Of a stretch of 64,000 bases of DNA, positions 1 through 10,550 are shown one piece after another. The stretch comes from an uncultured Planctomycetia bacterium. GTDB taxonomy: Bacteria; Omnitrophota; Gorgyraeia; Pluralincolimonadales; Pluralincolimonadaceae. Position 1 is the stretch's first letter. Each line of letters starts with the position of its first letter. The position numbers and the translations under genes are program-made. The DNA lies in assembly GCA_964650515.1 (NCBI GenBank), contig CAZYUB010000010.1, positions 12,938 to 76,937 of the forward strand, given 5' to 3'. The notes beneath the pieces are model-generated. The model worked only from the letters and a program-made list of their open reading frames with translations, was not told the origin of the DNA and searched no databases.

Positions 1-530
1 ACCGGCTCGAAATCCTTCAGGAACGTCGCGCAGCAGAGCGCCTTGCCGCAAGGGCCGAACCCTCCCAGGAGGCGCGCCTCGTCGCGCACGCCTATCTGCT
101 TGAGCTCTATCCTCGCCTTGAAAATACGTGCGAGGTCCTTGACGAGTTCCCTGAAATCTACGCGGCCGTCGGCGGTGAAATAAAATAGCAGCTTCGACCT
201 GTCGAACGAGTACTCCGCCTCGATCAGTTTCATCTTGAGGCCGTGCTCGAGTATCTTCTTCTGGCAGGTAGTGAACGCCTCCCTCGTCTTCTCGCGGTTC
301 TTCTTTATCTGGTCGAGGTCCGCGGCGGTGGCTATCCTGAGTACTTTGCGTACGGGCTCATCATCCGGCATCTTCGGTACCGACTCTATCCCGGAGAGAG
401 CTTCGCCGTAATCGAGCCCCCTGTCCGCCTCGACCACGACCGTATCGCCTATCTTCGGCTTCGTGTTACCGAGCTCGAAATACTGGGTCTTGCCGCCTTC
501 CCTTAGCCGTATCTGTATGACTTCAAACAA
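1..530 (-). CDS. PSP1 C-terminal domain protein (RicT/YaaT-like), 5' partial at window edge; probable TTG start at 530
   Basis: Minus-strand translation reads ...GNTKPKIGDTVVVEADRGLDYGEALSGIE...LFYFTADGRVDFRELVKDLARIFKARIELKQIGVRDEARLLGGFGPCGKALCC, which is PSP1-like. An AGGGGG RBS sits 6 nt upstream of TTG. The gene lies downstream of holB, as in many bacteria. Confidence 0.6.
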   Translation of the reverse strand, partial: MFEVIQIRLREGGKTQYFELGNTKPKIGDTVVVEADRGLDYGEALSGIESVPKMPDDEPVRKVLRIATAADLDQIKKNREKTREAFTTCQKKILEHGLKMKLIEAEYSFDRSKLLFYFTADGRVDFRELVKDLARIFKARIELKQIGVRDEARLLGGFGPCGKALCCATFLKDFEP

Positions 531-541
531 TTCAATCCCCC

Positions 542-1507
542 TTAGGTTATGTTAAGCCGCATGCAGGAGAGCGAGATCTTTACGTTGGAGTTCCTTTTTA
601 TCTCGTCCTGCGCAGCGGCGATCGTATCGAGTATGCCCTCGAGTTTTTCCGCCGTGAACCTTTCCGCGTCACGCGCGATGTCGGCCGCCCTGTCGAGGTT
701 GACAAGCAGGCCCTGGTCCCTTGAAAGCTTGAAGACCAGCAGGTCCCTGTAATAGACCGCCAGGGCGTTGAGCGCCCCGTTGACCTTCTCCCTCGGTTCG
801 CCGTAGAGCCACGTGTCCTCGTAGCCGGGCTGCTTCGGCGACAGGAAATCATCGACTATCCTGTCCCTTCCCGCCAGCAGTTCGCCTTCAAGGACTTCCA
901 CCGCCTTGCCGAGGCGCCCTTCCGAGAACCTCGAGACACATAACGCCCTCTTCTCGTCGAGGCCGTAGCGCTCGATGAGCTCCTTCATTATCGAGCGCTC
1001 ACCGAGCGGGTGGAACAATACTTTCTGGCAGCGCGACACTATCGTCGGCTGGAGCTTGAACATGTTCGACGCCAGCAGGACTATCACTGTGTCCTTCGGC
1101 GGCTCCTCGAGCGTCTTAAGCAGCGAATTCGCCGCTTCTTCGGTCATCCTGTCCGCGCCGTCGATGATGAATACCTTCGTCCTGCCCTCATACGGCTTCA
1201 GCGACATCGAGGCCTCCATCCTGCGGACCGGCTCGATGCCTATCTGCACCGACTTGCCTTCCGGCACCACCGCCACGACGTCGGGATGGATCCCGCCTTC
1301 TATCTTCCTGCACGATACGCATTCGCCGCACGGGTCGGCGCCTTCTTTTTCGCAGTTCAGCGCCTGCGCGAATATCCGTGCCAGGAGCGACTTGCCCGTG
1401 CCTTCGGGGCCGATGAAAAGGTAGGCATGCGCGAGGCGGCCGTCGCTTATAGACCTCTTGAGCAGGTCTACGGCGAGTTCCTGTCCTATTACGCTGTTAA
1501 ACGGCAT
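542..1507 (-). CDS. holB: DNA polymerase III subunit delta-prime
   Basis: AAA+ clamp-loader fold with GPEGTGKS Walker A, a CGECVSC zinc module and an SRC motif (TIVSRCQ). It overlaps tmk, the classic tmk-holB pairing. Confidence 0.85.
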   Translation of the reverse strand: MPFNSVIGQELAVDLLKRSISDGRLAHAYLFIGPEGTGKSLLARIFAQALNCEKEGADPCGECVSCRKIEGGIHPDVVAVVPEGKSVQIGIEPVRRMEASMSLKPYEGRTKVFIIDGADRMTEEAANSLLKTLEEPPKDTVIVLLASNMFKLQPTIVSRCQKVLFHPLGERSIMKELIERYGLDEKRALCVSRFSEGRLGKAVEVLEGELLAGRDRIVDDFLSPKQPGYEDTWLYGEPREKVNGALNALAVYYRDLLVFKLSRDQGLLVNLDRAADIARDAERFTAEKLEGILDTIAAAQDEIKRNSNVKISLSCMRLNIT

Positions 1508-2111
1508 CCTCCACCGCTTTCCTAACTCCCCGCTGTATTTGACTTATAGCGGAGTATGTAGTGTTTATGACTTTTATCCTGCGGGGTTCCTTCTTCGCGA
1601 GCTTCAGGTAGCCGTTCCTGACCCTCCTGTGGAAATCGAGGGATTTCCTTTCCATCCTGTCATGCGCGCCGCCGCGTTTCAGCCCGGCGCGGCTCTCGAC
1701 ATCGAGCAGAACGGTCAGGTCAGGTTTCAGGCCGCCAGTCGCGAGCTTGCGCAAAGATTCTATCACCCTGAGGTCCATCCCCGAGCCGTAACCCTGGTAG
1801 GCGACGGTCGCGTCGTGGAACCTGTCGCAGACGACGATGTATCCTTTTTTAAGCGCGGGCCTGATGACCTCGCTGACTATCTGCGCGCGCGCCGCCATGA
1901 AGAGCAGCAACTCGCATGCGCCGGCCATGCCCTTGTTCTTCCTGCTGAGCAGGACATTGCGTATCGACTCGGATATCTTCGTTCCTCCGGGCTCGCGCGT
2001 ATGCACGATACGGCGCCCCTTCCCGCGCAGGTAAGCGCAGAGCAGGCGCGAGTGCGTCGACTTCCCCGAACCCTCGGGTCCTTCGATTGTGATGAATTTC
2101 CCGTGCTGCAT
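1497..2111 (-). CDS. tmk: thymidylate kinase
   Basis: IEGPEGSGKST P-loop and DRF..A..AYQG motifs. 204 aa. Confidence 0.9.
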   Translation of the reverse strand: MQHGKFITIEGPEGSGKSTHSRLLCAYLRGKGRRIVHTREPGGTKISESIRNVLLSRKNKGMAGACELLLFMAARAQIVSEVIRPALKKGYIVVCDRFHDATVAYQGYGSGMDLRVIESLRKLATGGLKPDLTVLLDVESRAGLKRGGAHDRMERKSLDFHRRVRNGYLKLAKKEPRRIKVINTTYSAISQIQRGVRKAVEDAV

Positions 2112-2114
2112 CTG

Positions 2115-2999
2115 TTATCCCTTTACGCCGGTAAGCTTTATGGATTCCACGAAGTAACGCTGTGTGAAGATGAATATAATGACGATCGGGAGCATCGCCA
2201 TCACCGAGCCGGCCATAAGGTAGTGCCAGTCGGTGGAGTATTGCGTCTTGAACGATTCAAGCCCTATCGGCAGGGTCCTCATATGCATCGAGTTCGTGAC
2301 GAGCAGGGGCCACATGAAAGAGCCCCAGTTGCCCATGAACGTGAATACCGTAAGCGTCGCGAGGGCCGGTTTCGAAAGCGGCAGTATTATCGTCGTATAG
2401 ATGCGGAAGAACCCGCATCCGTCTATCTTAGCTGCGTCCTCGAGGTCCTTCGGCAGCGTCATGAAGAACTGCCTCAGCATGAACGTGCCGTATGCCGAGA
2501 ATATCGCGGGAATTATAAGCGCCTTGAAGGTATCCACCCACCCGAAAAGCCGCATAAGGACATAGACCGGTATCATGGTGACCGAGCCGGGTATCATCAT
2601 CGTCGCGAGGTACGCGAAGAAGAGCTTGTCCCTGCCCCTGAACTCGAGGCGCGAGAAGGCGTATGCCGCTAGCGAACTCGTGAATACCTGCCCCACCGTG
2701 ACCGCTACGCCGACAATTATCGAATTCATGTAGAATTTCGCGAACGGCACCACCTTGAATGCCGATACGTAATTGTCCCAGATGAACATCGTCGGGATGA
2801 ACATCTGTATCCAGTTCTTCGGGCGTATATATATCGCGTCGAGCGTCTTCAGCGAGGTCGTTATCATCCAGAGGAACGGCATTATCATCGAGAGCGCACC
2901 GATGGCAAGCACCGCATAAGCGAAGGCCTGCATCGCCTTCTCCCTCTGCGCCGCTTCGCTTAAGTGGGCCTTGTCCCCGTACCGCCTTCTGTTATCCAT
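2115..2999 (-). CDS. carbohydrate ABC transporter permease (MalG-like, CUT1)
   Basis: EAA loop ...LEDAAKIDGCGFFRIYTTIILPLSKPAL and six TM segments. The start was moved to the internal Met at 2999 (MDNRRRY...), which has an AAAGGG RBS, instead of the 3050 ORF start that overlaps the upstream permease. Confidence 0.75.
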   Translation of the reverse strand: MDNRRRYGDKAHLSEAAQREKAMQAFAYAVLAIGALSMIMPFLWMITTSLKTLDAIYIRPKNWIQMFIPTMFIWDNYVSAFKVVPFAKFYMNSIIVGVAVTVGQVFTSSLAAYAFSRLEFRGRDKLFFAYLATMMIPGSVTMIPVYVLMRLFGWVDTFKALIIPAIFSAYGTFMLRQFFMTLPKDLEDAAKIDGCGFFRIYTTIILPLSKPALATLTVFTFMGNWGSFMWPLLVTNSMHMRTLPIGLESFKTQYSTDWHYLMAGSVMAMLPIVIIFIFTQRYFVESIKLTGVKG

Positions 3000-3009
3000 C
3001 TGCCGCCCT

Positions 3010-3951
3010 TTAATAGTGGACCAGTTTCCCGCCGAATCTCCAGTTGACAAGCGAGACGACGAATATGACCATGAAGAGGAACCAAGCTATCGCCGCCGCG
3101 TAGCCGACGTTCTGCCATGTATAGAGGTTATTGAAGATATAATATTCTATAGTCGTGGTGGCGCCGCCGGGGCCGCCGCCCGTCATTATATACGCCTGCA
3201 TGAAACCGCCCTGGAAACCTCCGATGATGCTCATGATGGCTATGAAGAACGTCGTTGGGCTTATCTGCGGCCATGTGATCGCCCAGAACTTCTGCCACCC
3301 GTTCGCGCCGTCTATCTCGGCCGCCTCGTAGAAGTCCCTCGGTATGCCCTGCAGCGCGGCAAGGTAGAGTATCATGTTCATGCCGCCTATCGCTATCCAG
3401 AAATTCATCAGCATTAGCGCCGGCTTCGCCCATCCCGGCGAATTAAGCCACAGCGGGCCCTGTAAACTGAACCCGAGCATTTTCCCGCCCCAGTATATTA
3501 TGTTGTTCAGCATGCCGTATTCGGGATTGAATATCCAGAGCCAGAGTATCGATATCGCGACGCCGGGGCATATCGACGGCAGGAAGAATATCGTCCTGAA
3601 CATCGACTCGCCGCGGACCTTGCGGTTCAGCGCTATAGCAAGCCCTAGCGAGGCCATCATGCATACCGGTATCGAGAACATCAAAAAGACCGTGTTCCAG
3701 AGGTACTGCCAGAATTTCGGGTCGTTCGCGACTATATGGCCCTGGGTTGCGGCGTCCCTGTGGAAACCGAGAAGCTGGGAGAAATTCTCGAATCCGATGA
3801 ATTGAGGGGCGGTCAGGATGTCCCACTTGAAAAAACTAAGTACAAGGGAGATAAAGACCGGGATGAAAGTGAATACCATAAAACCAATAAGGTTCGGCGC
3901 GAGGAACCCGTACGCCGCTATGGTCTCTTTTGTCCTGGCTTTAATGCGCAT
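3010..3951 (-). CDS. carbohydrate ABC transporter permease (MalF-like, CUT1)
   Basis: EAA loop YEAAEIDGANGWQKFWAITWPQISP in a multi-TM permease. No cognate binding protein or ATPase is adjacent. Confidence 0.8.
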   Translation of the reverse strand: MRIKARTKETIAAYGFLAPNLIGFMVFTFIPVFISLVLSFFKWDILTAPQFIGFENFSQLLGFHRDAATQGHIVANDPKFWQYLWNTVFLMFSIPVCMMASLGLAIALNRKVRGESMFRTIFFLPSICPGVAISILWLWIFNPEYGMLNNIIYWGGKMLGFSLQGPLWLNSPGWAKPALMLMNFWIAIGGMNMILYLAALQGIPRDFYEAAEIDGANGWQKFWAITWPQISPTTFFIAIMSIIGGFQGGFMQAYIMTGGGPGGATTTIEYYIFNNLYTWQNVGYAAAIAWFLFMVIFVVSLVNWRFGGKLVHY

Positions 3952-5385
3952 TTAAACTTTCCTTCTCCAGTAGGTCTTATCTTTGTCGTCTTCGAGTATG
4001 ATGCCCTTCGCGCCGAGCTCTTTCCTTATCCTGTCCGCTTCGGCGAAATCCTTCCTCTTCTTCGCCTCTATGCGGGCGTCGACGAGCCCCTGTATCCCGG
4101 CGTCCGAAAGGCCGCTCGCGGCCGTCGTGAAGCTGAGCCCGAGCACCCCGCCAAGTTCCAGCAGGGTATTTTCGGTATATTTTAGCACAGAAATATCGCC
4201 ATTTCTATCAACAATTTTGTTCGCGGCGTTGACGAGGTCGAAGAGCGCGCCGAGCGCCGAAGGCGTATTGAAGTCCCCGTCCATCGCCTCGATGAACCTC
4301 TGCGAGGCGGCCTCAATGTCCTTGTCCTTCGCCGGCCGGATGCCGGGCATCCCGTCCGTTCTCCTGCGTATCTTGTCCAAAAGCACCACGAACCTCTCAT
4401 ACCCGCTCTTCGCCGCCTCCATCTTCTCCCATGTGAAATCGATCGGATGCGAGTAATGGGCCCCGAGGAAGAATATTTTAAGCACATCGGCCGGGTAGCG
4501 CTCGAGGACGCCCTTGATGGAGACGTAATTCCCGAGCGATTTGGACATCTTCTCGCCGTTTATCGTGAGCAGGCCGTTATGTATCCAGTAATTCGCGAAC
4601 GGCTTTCCCGTCGCGCATTCCGACTGCGCCACTTCGTTCTCGTGGTGCGGGAATATGAGGTCGCGCCCGCCGCCGTGGATATCGAAATTTTCGCCGAGGT
4701 ATTTCGTGGACATCGCGGAGCATTCTATATGCCAGCCCGGCCGGCCCTTGCCCCAAGGCGAATCCCACTCGGGCTCGTTCTCCTTCGCGGATTTCCATAA
4801 CGCGAAATCTAGCGAATCCCTCTTTTTTTCAAGTTTTCCGGGATGAGCATCTCCGAGCATCTGGTCCTTATCCTGGTGGGAAAGTTTCCCGTATGCGGAA
4901 TACTTCCTGACGTCAAAATATACGTCTCCGCCGGACTCGTAGGCATAGCCCTTTTCGATAAGGGCGGACACCATCCCTATTATCTCCTTTATATGCTCGG
5001 TCGCCTTCGGCTCGATATCGGCGCGCGCGATCCCGAGCGAGTCCATGTCGCCGTAAAAACTCTTCGTATAGCGCTCCGCGATCTCTTTCGAGGCGGTATT
5101 GAGGTCCTTGCCGAAGAGAGGTGACTTCCTGTCGGCGGCCTCATCGCGGGCCTTGTTGATTATCTTGTCGTCGACGTCGGTTATGTTCTTTATGAAGGTT
5201 ACCTTATAACCGCGGTAGGAGAGGTACCTCCTTATGAAATCGAAGATGAACGCGCTGCGCGCGTGCCCGAGATGGCACTCGTCATAGACGGTCACGCCGC
5301 AAACATACATGCGGGCTTCGCCTTCTTTTACGGGCTTGAACTCTTCGGCCTTCCTCGTGAGGGTATTATAAATAGAGATGGGCAT
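3952..5385 (-). CDS. cysS: cysteine--tRNA ligase
   Basis: HLGHARS (HIGH) and KMSKSLGN motifs of class I CysRS. 477 aa. Confidence 0.95.
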   Translation of the reverse strand: MPISIYNTLTRKAEEFKPVKEGEARMYVCGVTVYDECHLGHARSAFIFDFIRRYLSYRGYKVTFIKNITDVDDKIINKARDEAADRKSPLFGKDLNTASKEIAERYTKSFYGDMDSLGIARADIEPKATEHIKEIIGMVSALIEKGYAYESGGDVYFDVRKYSAYGKLSHQDKDQMLGDAHPGKLEKKRDSLDFALWKSAKENEPEWDSPWGKGRPGWHIECSAMSTKYLGENFDIHGGGRDLIFPHHENEVAQSECATGKPFANYWIHNGLLTINGEKMSKSLGNYVSIKGVLERYPADVLKIFFLGAHYSHPIDFTWEKMEAAKSGYERFVVLLDKIRRRTDGMPGIRPAKDKDIEAASQRFIEAMDGDFNTPSALGALFDLVNAANKIVDRNGDISVLKYTENTLLELGGVLGLSFTTAASGLSDAGIQGLVDARIEAKKRKDFAEADRIRKELGAKGIILEDDKDKTYWRRKV

Positions 5386-5386
5386 G

Positions 5387-6100
5387 CTATTTTCGAAGAT
5401 TCTGGTGGTGCTTCTTCAGTTCTCCCTCTATATGGTTTATCTCATCCTGAAGGCGGTCGAGCAGCTGCGCCAGCGGGTCGGGCAGGTTCGAATGGTCGAG
5501 CCGTATTCCCGGGATATCCTTGCCTTCCTTCTTCACGACCCTTCCGGGCACGCCGACTACCGTCGAATCCGCAGGGACATCCTTGATCACGACCGCGTTC
5601 GCGCCTACCATAACGCCATCGCCGACCTTTATGTTCCCGAGCACTTTCGCTCCCGCGCCGACCACTACGTTATTTCCGAGCGTCGGATGGCGCTTCCCTT
5701 TTTCCTTGCCGGTCCCGCCGAGCGTCACCCCCTGGAAGAGCGTGACGTTATCTCCGATGACCGATGTCTCGCCTATCACGACGCCCATCCCGTGGTCGAT
5801 AAAAAGGCCCTTTCCTATCGTCGCTCCCGGGTGTATCTCGATGCCGGTGGCGAACCTCCCGAACTGCGAGAGCATCCTCGGCAGCATCGGCACCTTCGCG
5901 GAATAGAGAGCGTGCGCTATCCGGTAATATATGATAGCGTGCAGGCCCGAATAAAGGAGTATTACCTCGAAACCGCTCTTCGCGGCCGGGTCGCGCTCGA
6001 ATATCGCGTTTATCTCGGTCCTGAACACCAGCGAGATCACGAGCATCTTGACGAGCGCGATTATAGCGAGCAAAAGCGCGATTATTATGAATATCTGCAT
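5387..6100 (-). CDS. cysE: serine O-acetyltransferase with an N-terminal hydrophobic extension
   Basis: Hexapeptide-repeat core with [33 protein letters not shown]. It sits next to cysS. A strong GAGGAGA RBS precedes the 6100 start, so the TM-like N-terminus ([17 protein letters not shown]) may be real. Confidence 0.8.
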   Translation of the reverse strand: MQIFIIIALLLAIIALVKMLVISLVFRTEINAIFERDPAAKSGFEVILLYSGLHAIIYYRIAHALYSAKVPMLPRMLSQFGRFATGIEIHPGATIGKGLFIDHGMGVVIGETSVIGDNVTLFQGVTLGGTGKEKGKRHPTLGNNVVVGAGAKVLGNIKVGDGVMVGANAVVIKDVPADSTVVGVPGRVVKKEGKDIPGIRLDHSNLPDPLAQLLDRLQDEINHIEGELKKHHQNLRK

Positions 6101-6101
6101 T

Positions 6102-6578
6102 TTATCCTGTCTCCTCGACGGAAGCTATCGCGTAGGCCGCTATCGCCTCTCCGCGGCCGATGGCGCCCACGCCTTCCTGCGTCGTCGCCTTTACGTTCAC
6201 CCGGCCTTCTTCTATGCCGAGGACCGAGGCGATCGTCTTCCTCATCTTCGCCTTGAAAGGCACGATCTTAGGCTCTTCCATTATGAGTGTTGAATCGACA
6301 TTGACTATCCTGAATTTCTTTTTTGCGGCGAGTTCCGCGACCCTGTGCAGAAGTTCTAAGCTGCTTATCCCCTTGAACTGCGGGTCGTTGTTCGGGAAAT
6401 GGATGCCTATATCGTCCATTCCCATCGCCCCGAGTATCGCATCGCAGATGGCGTGCAGCAGCACGTCCGCGTCGGAGTAACCCTCGAGCCCTTTTATATA
6501 CGGTATCTCGACCCCGCCAAGGAAGAGCTTCCTTCCCTCGACGAGCCTGTGTATGTCGTAACCGAGCCCTGCCCTCAT
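6102..6578 (-). CDS. ispF: 2-C-methyl-D-erythritol 2,4-cyclodiphosphate synthase
   Basis: GYDIHRL...GHSDADV-type motifs ([18 protein letters not shown]). 158 aa. Confidence 0.9.
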   Translation of the reverse strand: MRAGLGYDIHRLVEGRKLFLGGVEIPYIKGLEGYSDADVLLHAICDAILGAMGMDDIGIHFPNNDPQFKGISSLELLHRVAELAAKKKFRIVNVDSTLIMEEPKIVPFKAKMRKTIASVLGIEEGRVNVKATTQEGVGAIGRGEAIAAYAIASVEETG

Positions 6579-7267
6579 TTCACACCTGCCAGTATTTTCG
6601 CGTGCTTCAGGTCTTCCGGCGTTGTTATCTTTATATTGTCCTGCGACCCGTCAACGACCTTAACCTTTACGCCTATGCGTTCGACAAGGACCGCGTCGTC
6701 CGTCGCCGCGTCTACGGGCGCGTCGGGCAGGAATGCCTTGTCGTAGGCCCTGAGCAGGATGTCCTTGCGAAACGCCTGCGGGGTCTGGACCTCAACGAGC
6801 GTCGCCCTGTCGAGCGTCGCCGCCACGAAATTCCCTTTCTCAACCTGTTTGACCGTCGGCTTCACCGGAAGCCCGGGTATCGCGGCGCCGAACGTATCTG
6901 CCGCGTCGACGACAGACGATATCAGCTTGTTGCTTACGAAAGGCCTGCAGCCGTCGTGGACTATCACGCACTCAGAATCCTCACTGACCGAGGCGAGGCC
7001 GCTCTTTACCGAATCCATGCGGCGTTTCCCTCCGGCGACTATATCCTTTATCTTCGTAAACTTGCCTTTCTTCGCGAGCAGGCGCGCCTTCGGAAGGTCC
7101 GCCTGGTGGACAACGATGATTATCTCGCTGATGATGCCGGAAGCTTCGAGCGCTTTCAGCGTATGCGCGAGTATGGGTTCCTTGCCCAGCGCAACAAAGG
7201 CCTTATGCGCCTTTGCCTTCATCCGCTCGCCTTTCCCGGCGGCGGCAACTATCGCGGCCACCTTCAT
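6575..7267 (-). CDS. ispD: 2-C-methyl-D-erythritol 4-phosphate cytidylyltransferase
   Basis: N-terminal AAGKGERM nucleotidyltransferase motif. 4-nt overlap with ispF. Confidence 0.85.
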   Translation of the reverse strand: MKVAAIVAAAGKGERMKAKAHKAFVALGKEPILAHTLKALEASGIISEIIIVVHQADLPKARLLAKKGKFTKIKDIVAGGKRRMDSVKSGLASVSEDSECVIVHDGCRPFVSNKLISSVVDAADTFGAAIPGLPVKPTVKQVEKGNFVAATLDRATLVEVQTPQAFRKDILLRAYDKAFLPDAPVDAATDDAVLVERIGVKVKVVDGSQDNIKITTPEDLKHAKILAGVK

Positions 7268-7278
7268 CTTTTTCTCTC

Positions 7279-8277
7279 CTATCTCTGCGCTTCTACCTTC
7301 GCGAATATCATCCTGCCCGCCGCGGTTTGCAATACCGACGTCACGAGCACCTTTGCCGTATGCCCTATGAGTTGTTTCGCGTTATCGATCACGACCATCG
7401 TGCCGTCATCGAGGTACGCGACCGCCTGGTTGTACTCCTTGCCTTCCTTGACGATCTTGACTTCCATGAGCTCGCCCGGTATAACGACCGGCTTAAGCGC
7501 GTTTGACAACTCGTTGATATTCAGGACCGTGACGCCCTGCAGCTCCGCGATCTTGTTCAGGTTGTAGTCGTTCGTGAAGACCTTCGCCGTAAGCATCTTC
7601 GCGAGCTTTATGAGTTTCGCGTCGACTTCCGTGATGTCCGGGAAATCGTCCTCGTGTATCTTGACCTCGACCGCCCCCGACTTGCGTATCTTGTTGAGCA
7701 TATCGAGCCCGCGCCTTCCGCGGTTCCGCTTTATCGGGTCCGCCGAATCGGCTATCTGCTGCAGCTCTTTCAGCACGAACCGGGGTATGATAAGTATGCC
7801 CTGTATGAACTTCGTATGGCAGATATCGGCTATCCTGCCGTCAATTATCACCGACGTGTCGAGCAGCGCTATCTCCTCGCGCTGGCCTTCCCTCTTAAGC
7901 TTGATATAAGGTATTATGATATTGAACTCGTCCTTGCCCCTGACCGCCATGACCATGCCGAGATACGCGAATATCAATATCAGCAGGCCGTTGAACTCAG
8001 CCCTGATGTCGTCTTCCATCGGTATCAGCTTGAATACGCCTATGATGAGCCAGGCGAACAGGATGCCGAAGACGATCCCGAAGACCGCGGACGAGAGCCC
8101 CTTGACCGATATCCTCTTCGTAGAATATTCCAGCAGTATGATGATACCGGCTATGACCACGCCTACACCCACGCCTATCGTCTGCGATAGGGCGCCTATC
8201 CGGAGGGTATCTCCGAGCTGGTAGCCCATCAACCCGCAGAGTAATACGAAAAAAGACCTTATAATAGTAAATGTCAT
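7279..8277 (-). CDS. yacL: PIN/TRAM domain membrane protein (YacL-like)
   Basis: N-terminal TM helices, a PIN core ([12 protein letters not shown]...), and a C-terminal TRAM-like beta domain. The position upstream of ispD-ispF matches Bacillus yacL. The start is set at 8277 (ATGA overlap with the mlaD stop, GGGGA RBS) rather than 8310. Confidence 0.65.
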   Translation of the reverse strand: MTFTIIRSFFVLLCGLMGYQLGDTLRIGALSQTIGVGVGVVIAGIIILLEYSTKRISVKGLSSAVFGIVFGILFAWLIIGVFKLIPMEDDIRAEFNGLLILIFAYLGMVMAVRGKDEFNIIIPYIKLKREGQREEIALLDTSVIIDGRIADICHTKFIQGILIIPRFVLKELQQIADSADPIKRNRGRRGLDMLNKIRKSGAVEVKIHEDDFPDITEVDAKLIKLAKMLTAKVFTNDYNLNKIAELQGVTVLNINELSNALKPVVIPGELMEVKIVKEGKEYNQAVAYLDDGTMVVIDNAKQLIGHTAKVLVTSVLQTAAGRMIFAKVEAQR

Positions 8278-8987
8278 TTCTGTCCCCTGGGTTTCTGGAG
8301 GAGTTTCCACGGATGCGCTTTCAGGTCCTTGACGAACGCATCCAATTCGTTATAAAGGCCGTCGTCCATGAACAATTTACCGACGGTGCCTTCCCCCGAC
8401 TTTACCTTATCCATCACGACGTTCGCGGAAGCCATGAACTTCCTTATGTCGAGCATCGTCGCCTTGAAAGCCGCCTGCGTCTCCGGGTCCCCGACGAGGG
8501 TGTTCAGGTGCTTTATCGTATCGCCGAGGCCGTTGGCTATCTCATAACCCTTCTGTGTCAGCTTCTCCATCGGGACCGATTCCCTGCCGGCTAACATCTC
8601 TCCGGGCCTGATGACCTCGCTGCCGGGGGTCCCCGGTATTATCTCGACGTATTTCTCCCCTATGAGGCCCAATGTGTTGATGAAGGCCTCCGCGTCCTTT
8701 TCGACCTTCGCTTTCTTATCGAGGAGTACATAGAGGTCGACCGCGGTCTTCTTGGCCTGCTCGTCCCTGACGATCTCGATGTTCTTGACCTCGCCGAGCT
8801 GCACGCCCGCGACCCTTACCGGAGCGGAGATCTCGATGCCGTTGGCGAAATCAAAACGGACCTTTATCGTGTACCTCTGCTGGGAGTATTTTATCTCCTG
8901 GGCCATGAATATCATGGATATTCCGATGGCTATGCCTATCGCCACGAAAATGCCGACCTTGAACTCGAGGTCCATCCTCCTCTTCAT
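8274..8987 (-). CDS. mlaD: MCE-family lipid transport protein MlaD
   Basis: N-terminal TM followed by an MCE domain ([32 protein letters not shown]). It lies downstream of mlaF and mlaE. Confidence 0.75.
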   Translation of the reverse strand: MKRRMDLEFKVGIFVAIGIAIGISMIFMAQEIKYSQQRYTIKVRFDFANGIEISAPVRVAGVQLGEVKNIEIVRDEQAKKTAVDLYVLLDKKAKVEKDAEAFINTLGLIGEKYVEIIPGTPGSEVIRPGEMLAGRESVPMEKLTQKGYEIANGLGDTIKHLNTLVGDPETQAAFKATMLDIRKFMASANVVMDKVKSGEGTVGKLFMDDGLYNELDAFVKDLKAHPWKLLQKPRGQK

Positions 8988-9009
8988 GCTCTCCTCCTGG
9001 AATATATTA

Positions 9010-9759
9010 TCATGAGTCCTCTGTTATCGGGCCCTTCGCGGCCCCGGTTATGAACTGTTTTACTATCGGGTTAGACGTGTTCTTTATCTGCTCGGGCGTG
9101 CCCGACTCGACTATCTTTCCCTTGTAAAGCATCGCGATCCTGTCGGCTATCTTGTACGCCGACGTCATGTCATGCGTCACCGCGATGGCCGTCGTCTTAA
9201 GTTTCGACTGCAGGCCCTTTATGAGGTCGTTGACCGCGTCCGCCATTATCGGGTCTACGCCGGTCGTCGGCTCATCATAGAGTATTATCTTCGGGTCCAT
9301 GCATATGGCGCGCGCGAGCCCGACGCGCTTGCGCATTCCTCCGGAGAGTTCCGAGGGCTTAAGCCCCTCTATCCCCTTGAGCCCCACGAGCTCGAGGCAT
9401 TCCGCTACGCGCCTGTCTATCGAGGCGTCGTCCATCTTCCTGTGCTCGAGCAGGTTGAACGCGACGTTATCCCTCACGCTCAGCGAGTCGAAGAGCGCGG
9501 CGCCCTGGAAGAGCATGCCGAACTTGAGCCTGAGCTCGTTGAGCTCCTTGCCGCCAAGGCGCGTGACGTCCTGCCCGTCAATAATGACCTGGCCGGAGTC
9601 GGGCTTCATGAGGCCGATTATATGCTTGAGCATGACGCTCTTGCCCGTCCCCGAACGCCCGATTATGACGATCGTCTCGCCGTCCCTGATCGTGAGGTTC
9701 ACGTTATCGAGGACGACGTTGTCGTCAAATGCCTTGCAAAGGTTTATAAGCTCTATCAT
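9010..9759 (-). CDS. mlaF: ABC transporter ATP-binding protein MlaF
   Basis: Walker A GRSGTGKS, signature LSGGMRKRV, Walker B ILYDEPT. Lies between mlaE and mlaD. Confidence 0.8.
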   Translation of the reverse strand: MIELINLCKAFDDNVVLDNVNLTIRDGETIVIIGRSGTGKSVMLKHIIGLMKPDSGQVIIDGQDVTRLGGKELNELRLKFGMLFQGAALFDSLSVRDNVAFNLLEHRKMDDASIDRRVAECLELVGLKGIEGLKPSELSGGMRKRVGLARAICMDPKIILYDEPTTGVDPIMADAVNDLIKGLQSKLKTTAIAVTHDMTSAYKIADRIAMLYKGKIVESGTPEQIKNTSNPIVKQFITGAAKGPITEDS

Positions 9760-9760
9760 G

Positions 9761-10546
9761 TCAGAATGAGAACCCGAAATAGAATAACGCCGTGAACAGG
9801 CAATCGGCCGCGATTATCAGAATGAATGATATGACGACCGCCTTTGTGGTGGCCGCGCCGACACCCTCGGCGCCGCCCTCGACCCTCATGCCTTCATAAC
9901 ACGCGACTATGCATATGACGACCGCGAAAGCGAACGACTTTATGAGGCCCGTGACTATATCTTTTACCTTCAGCGGGTTCCAGGTCATGTCCCAGTAGAG
10001 GTTGCTCAGGATGTTAAGCCGCCACACGCCTATCATATACCCGCCCAGTATGCCTACGATATCTCCGTAGATCGTAAGAAGCGGCAGCATGAAAAAGAGC
10101 GCTATAAACCTCGGCACCACGAGGTATTTGATCGGGTTCGTCGCGAGCGTCTCGAGCGCGTCTATCTGCTCGGTGACCTTCATCGTGCCGAGCTCTGCGG
10201 CTATCGACGCGCCGACCCTTCCCGCGACGACGAGCGCGGTAAGCACCGGCCCGAGTTCCCTCGTCAACGAGAGCGCGACAAGGCTCGCGATATAGAGCTT
10301 CGCCTCCATCTTCTGCATCTGGTACGCGCTCTGCAGCGCGAGCACCATGCCGGTGAAGAGGCATGTCAGGAACACTATCGGCAGGCTGTCTATGCCCACC
10401 TTGACCATCTGCTCCAGTACCGGCTTGCGTTTGAACGGCGGCATGAAAGTCCAGAAGACCGTCCTGACCGCAAGGACCGTGATGCCCCCGGCATAATGCA
10501 GGAAGCTTATGAACCTCTCGCCAAGCTGGGTGATCCAACCGTTCAT
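9761..10546 (-). CDS. mlaE: ABC transporter permease MlaE
   Basis: 261-aa multi-TM permease of the MlaE/YrbE/Ttg2B type, 1 nt upstream of mlaF. Confidence 0.8.
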   Translation of the reverse strand: MNGWITQLGERFISFLHYAGGITVLAVRTVFWTFMPPFKRKPVLEQMVKVGIDSLPIVFLTCLFTGMVLALQSAYQMQKMEAKLYIASLVALSLTRELGPVLTALVVAGRVGASIAAELGTMKVTEQIDALETLATNPIKYLVVPRFIALFFMLPLLTIYGDIVGILGGYMIGVWRLNILSNLYWDMTWNPLKVKDIVTGLIKSFAFAVVICIVACYEGMRVEGGAEGVGAATTKAVVISFILIIAADCLFTALFYFGFSF

Positions 10547-10550
10547 ATCT

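Noticed and set aside
243-506. 87-aa plus-strand ORF at the window start
   Set aside because: Antisense to the PSP1/RicT-like gene that clearly occupies this region.
1458-2672. 404-aa plus-strand ORF opposite holB, tmk and the permease
   Set aside because: Spans three real minus-strand genes in antisense, with His/Arg-rich low complexity.
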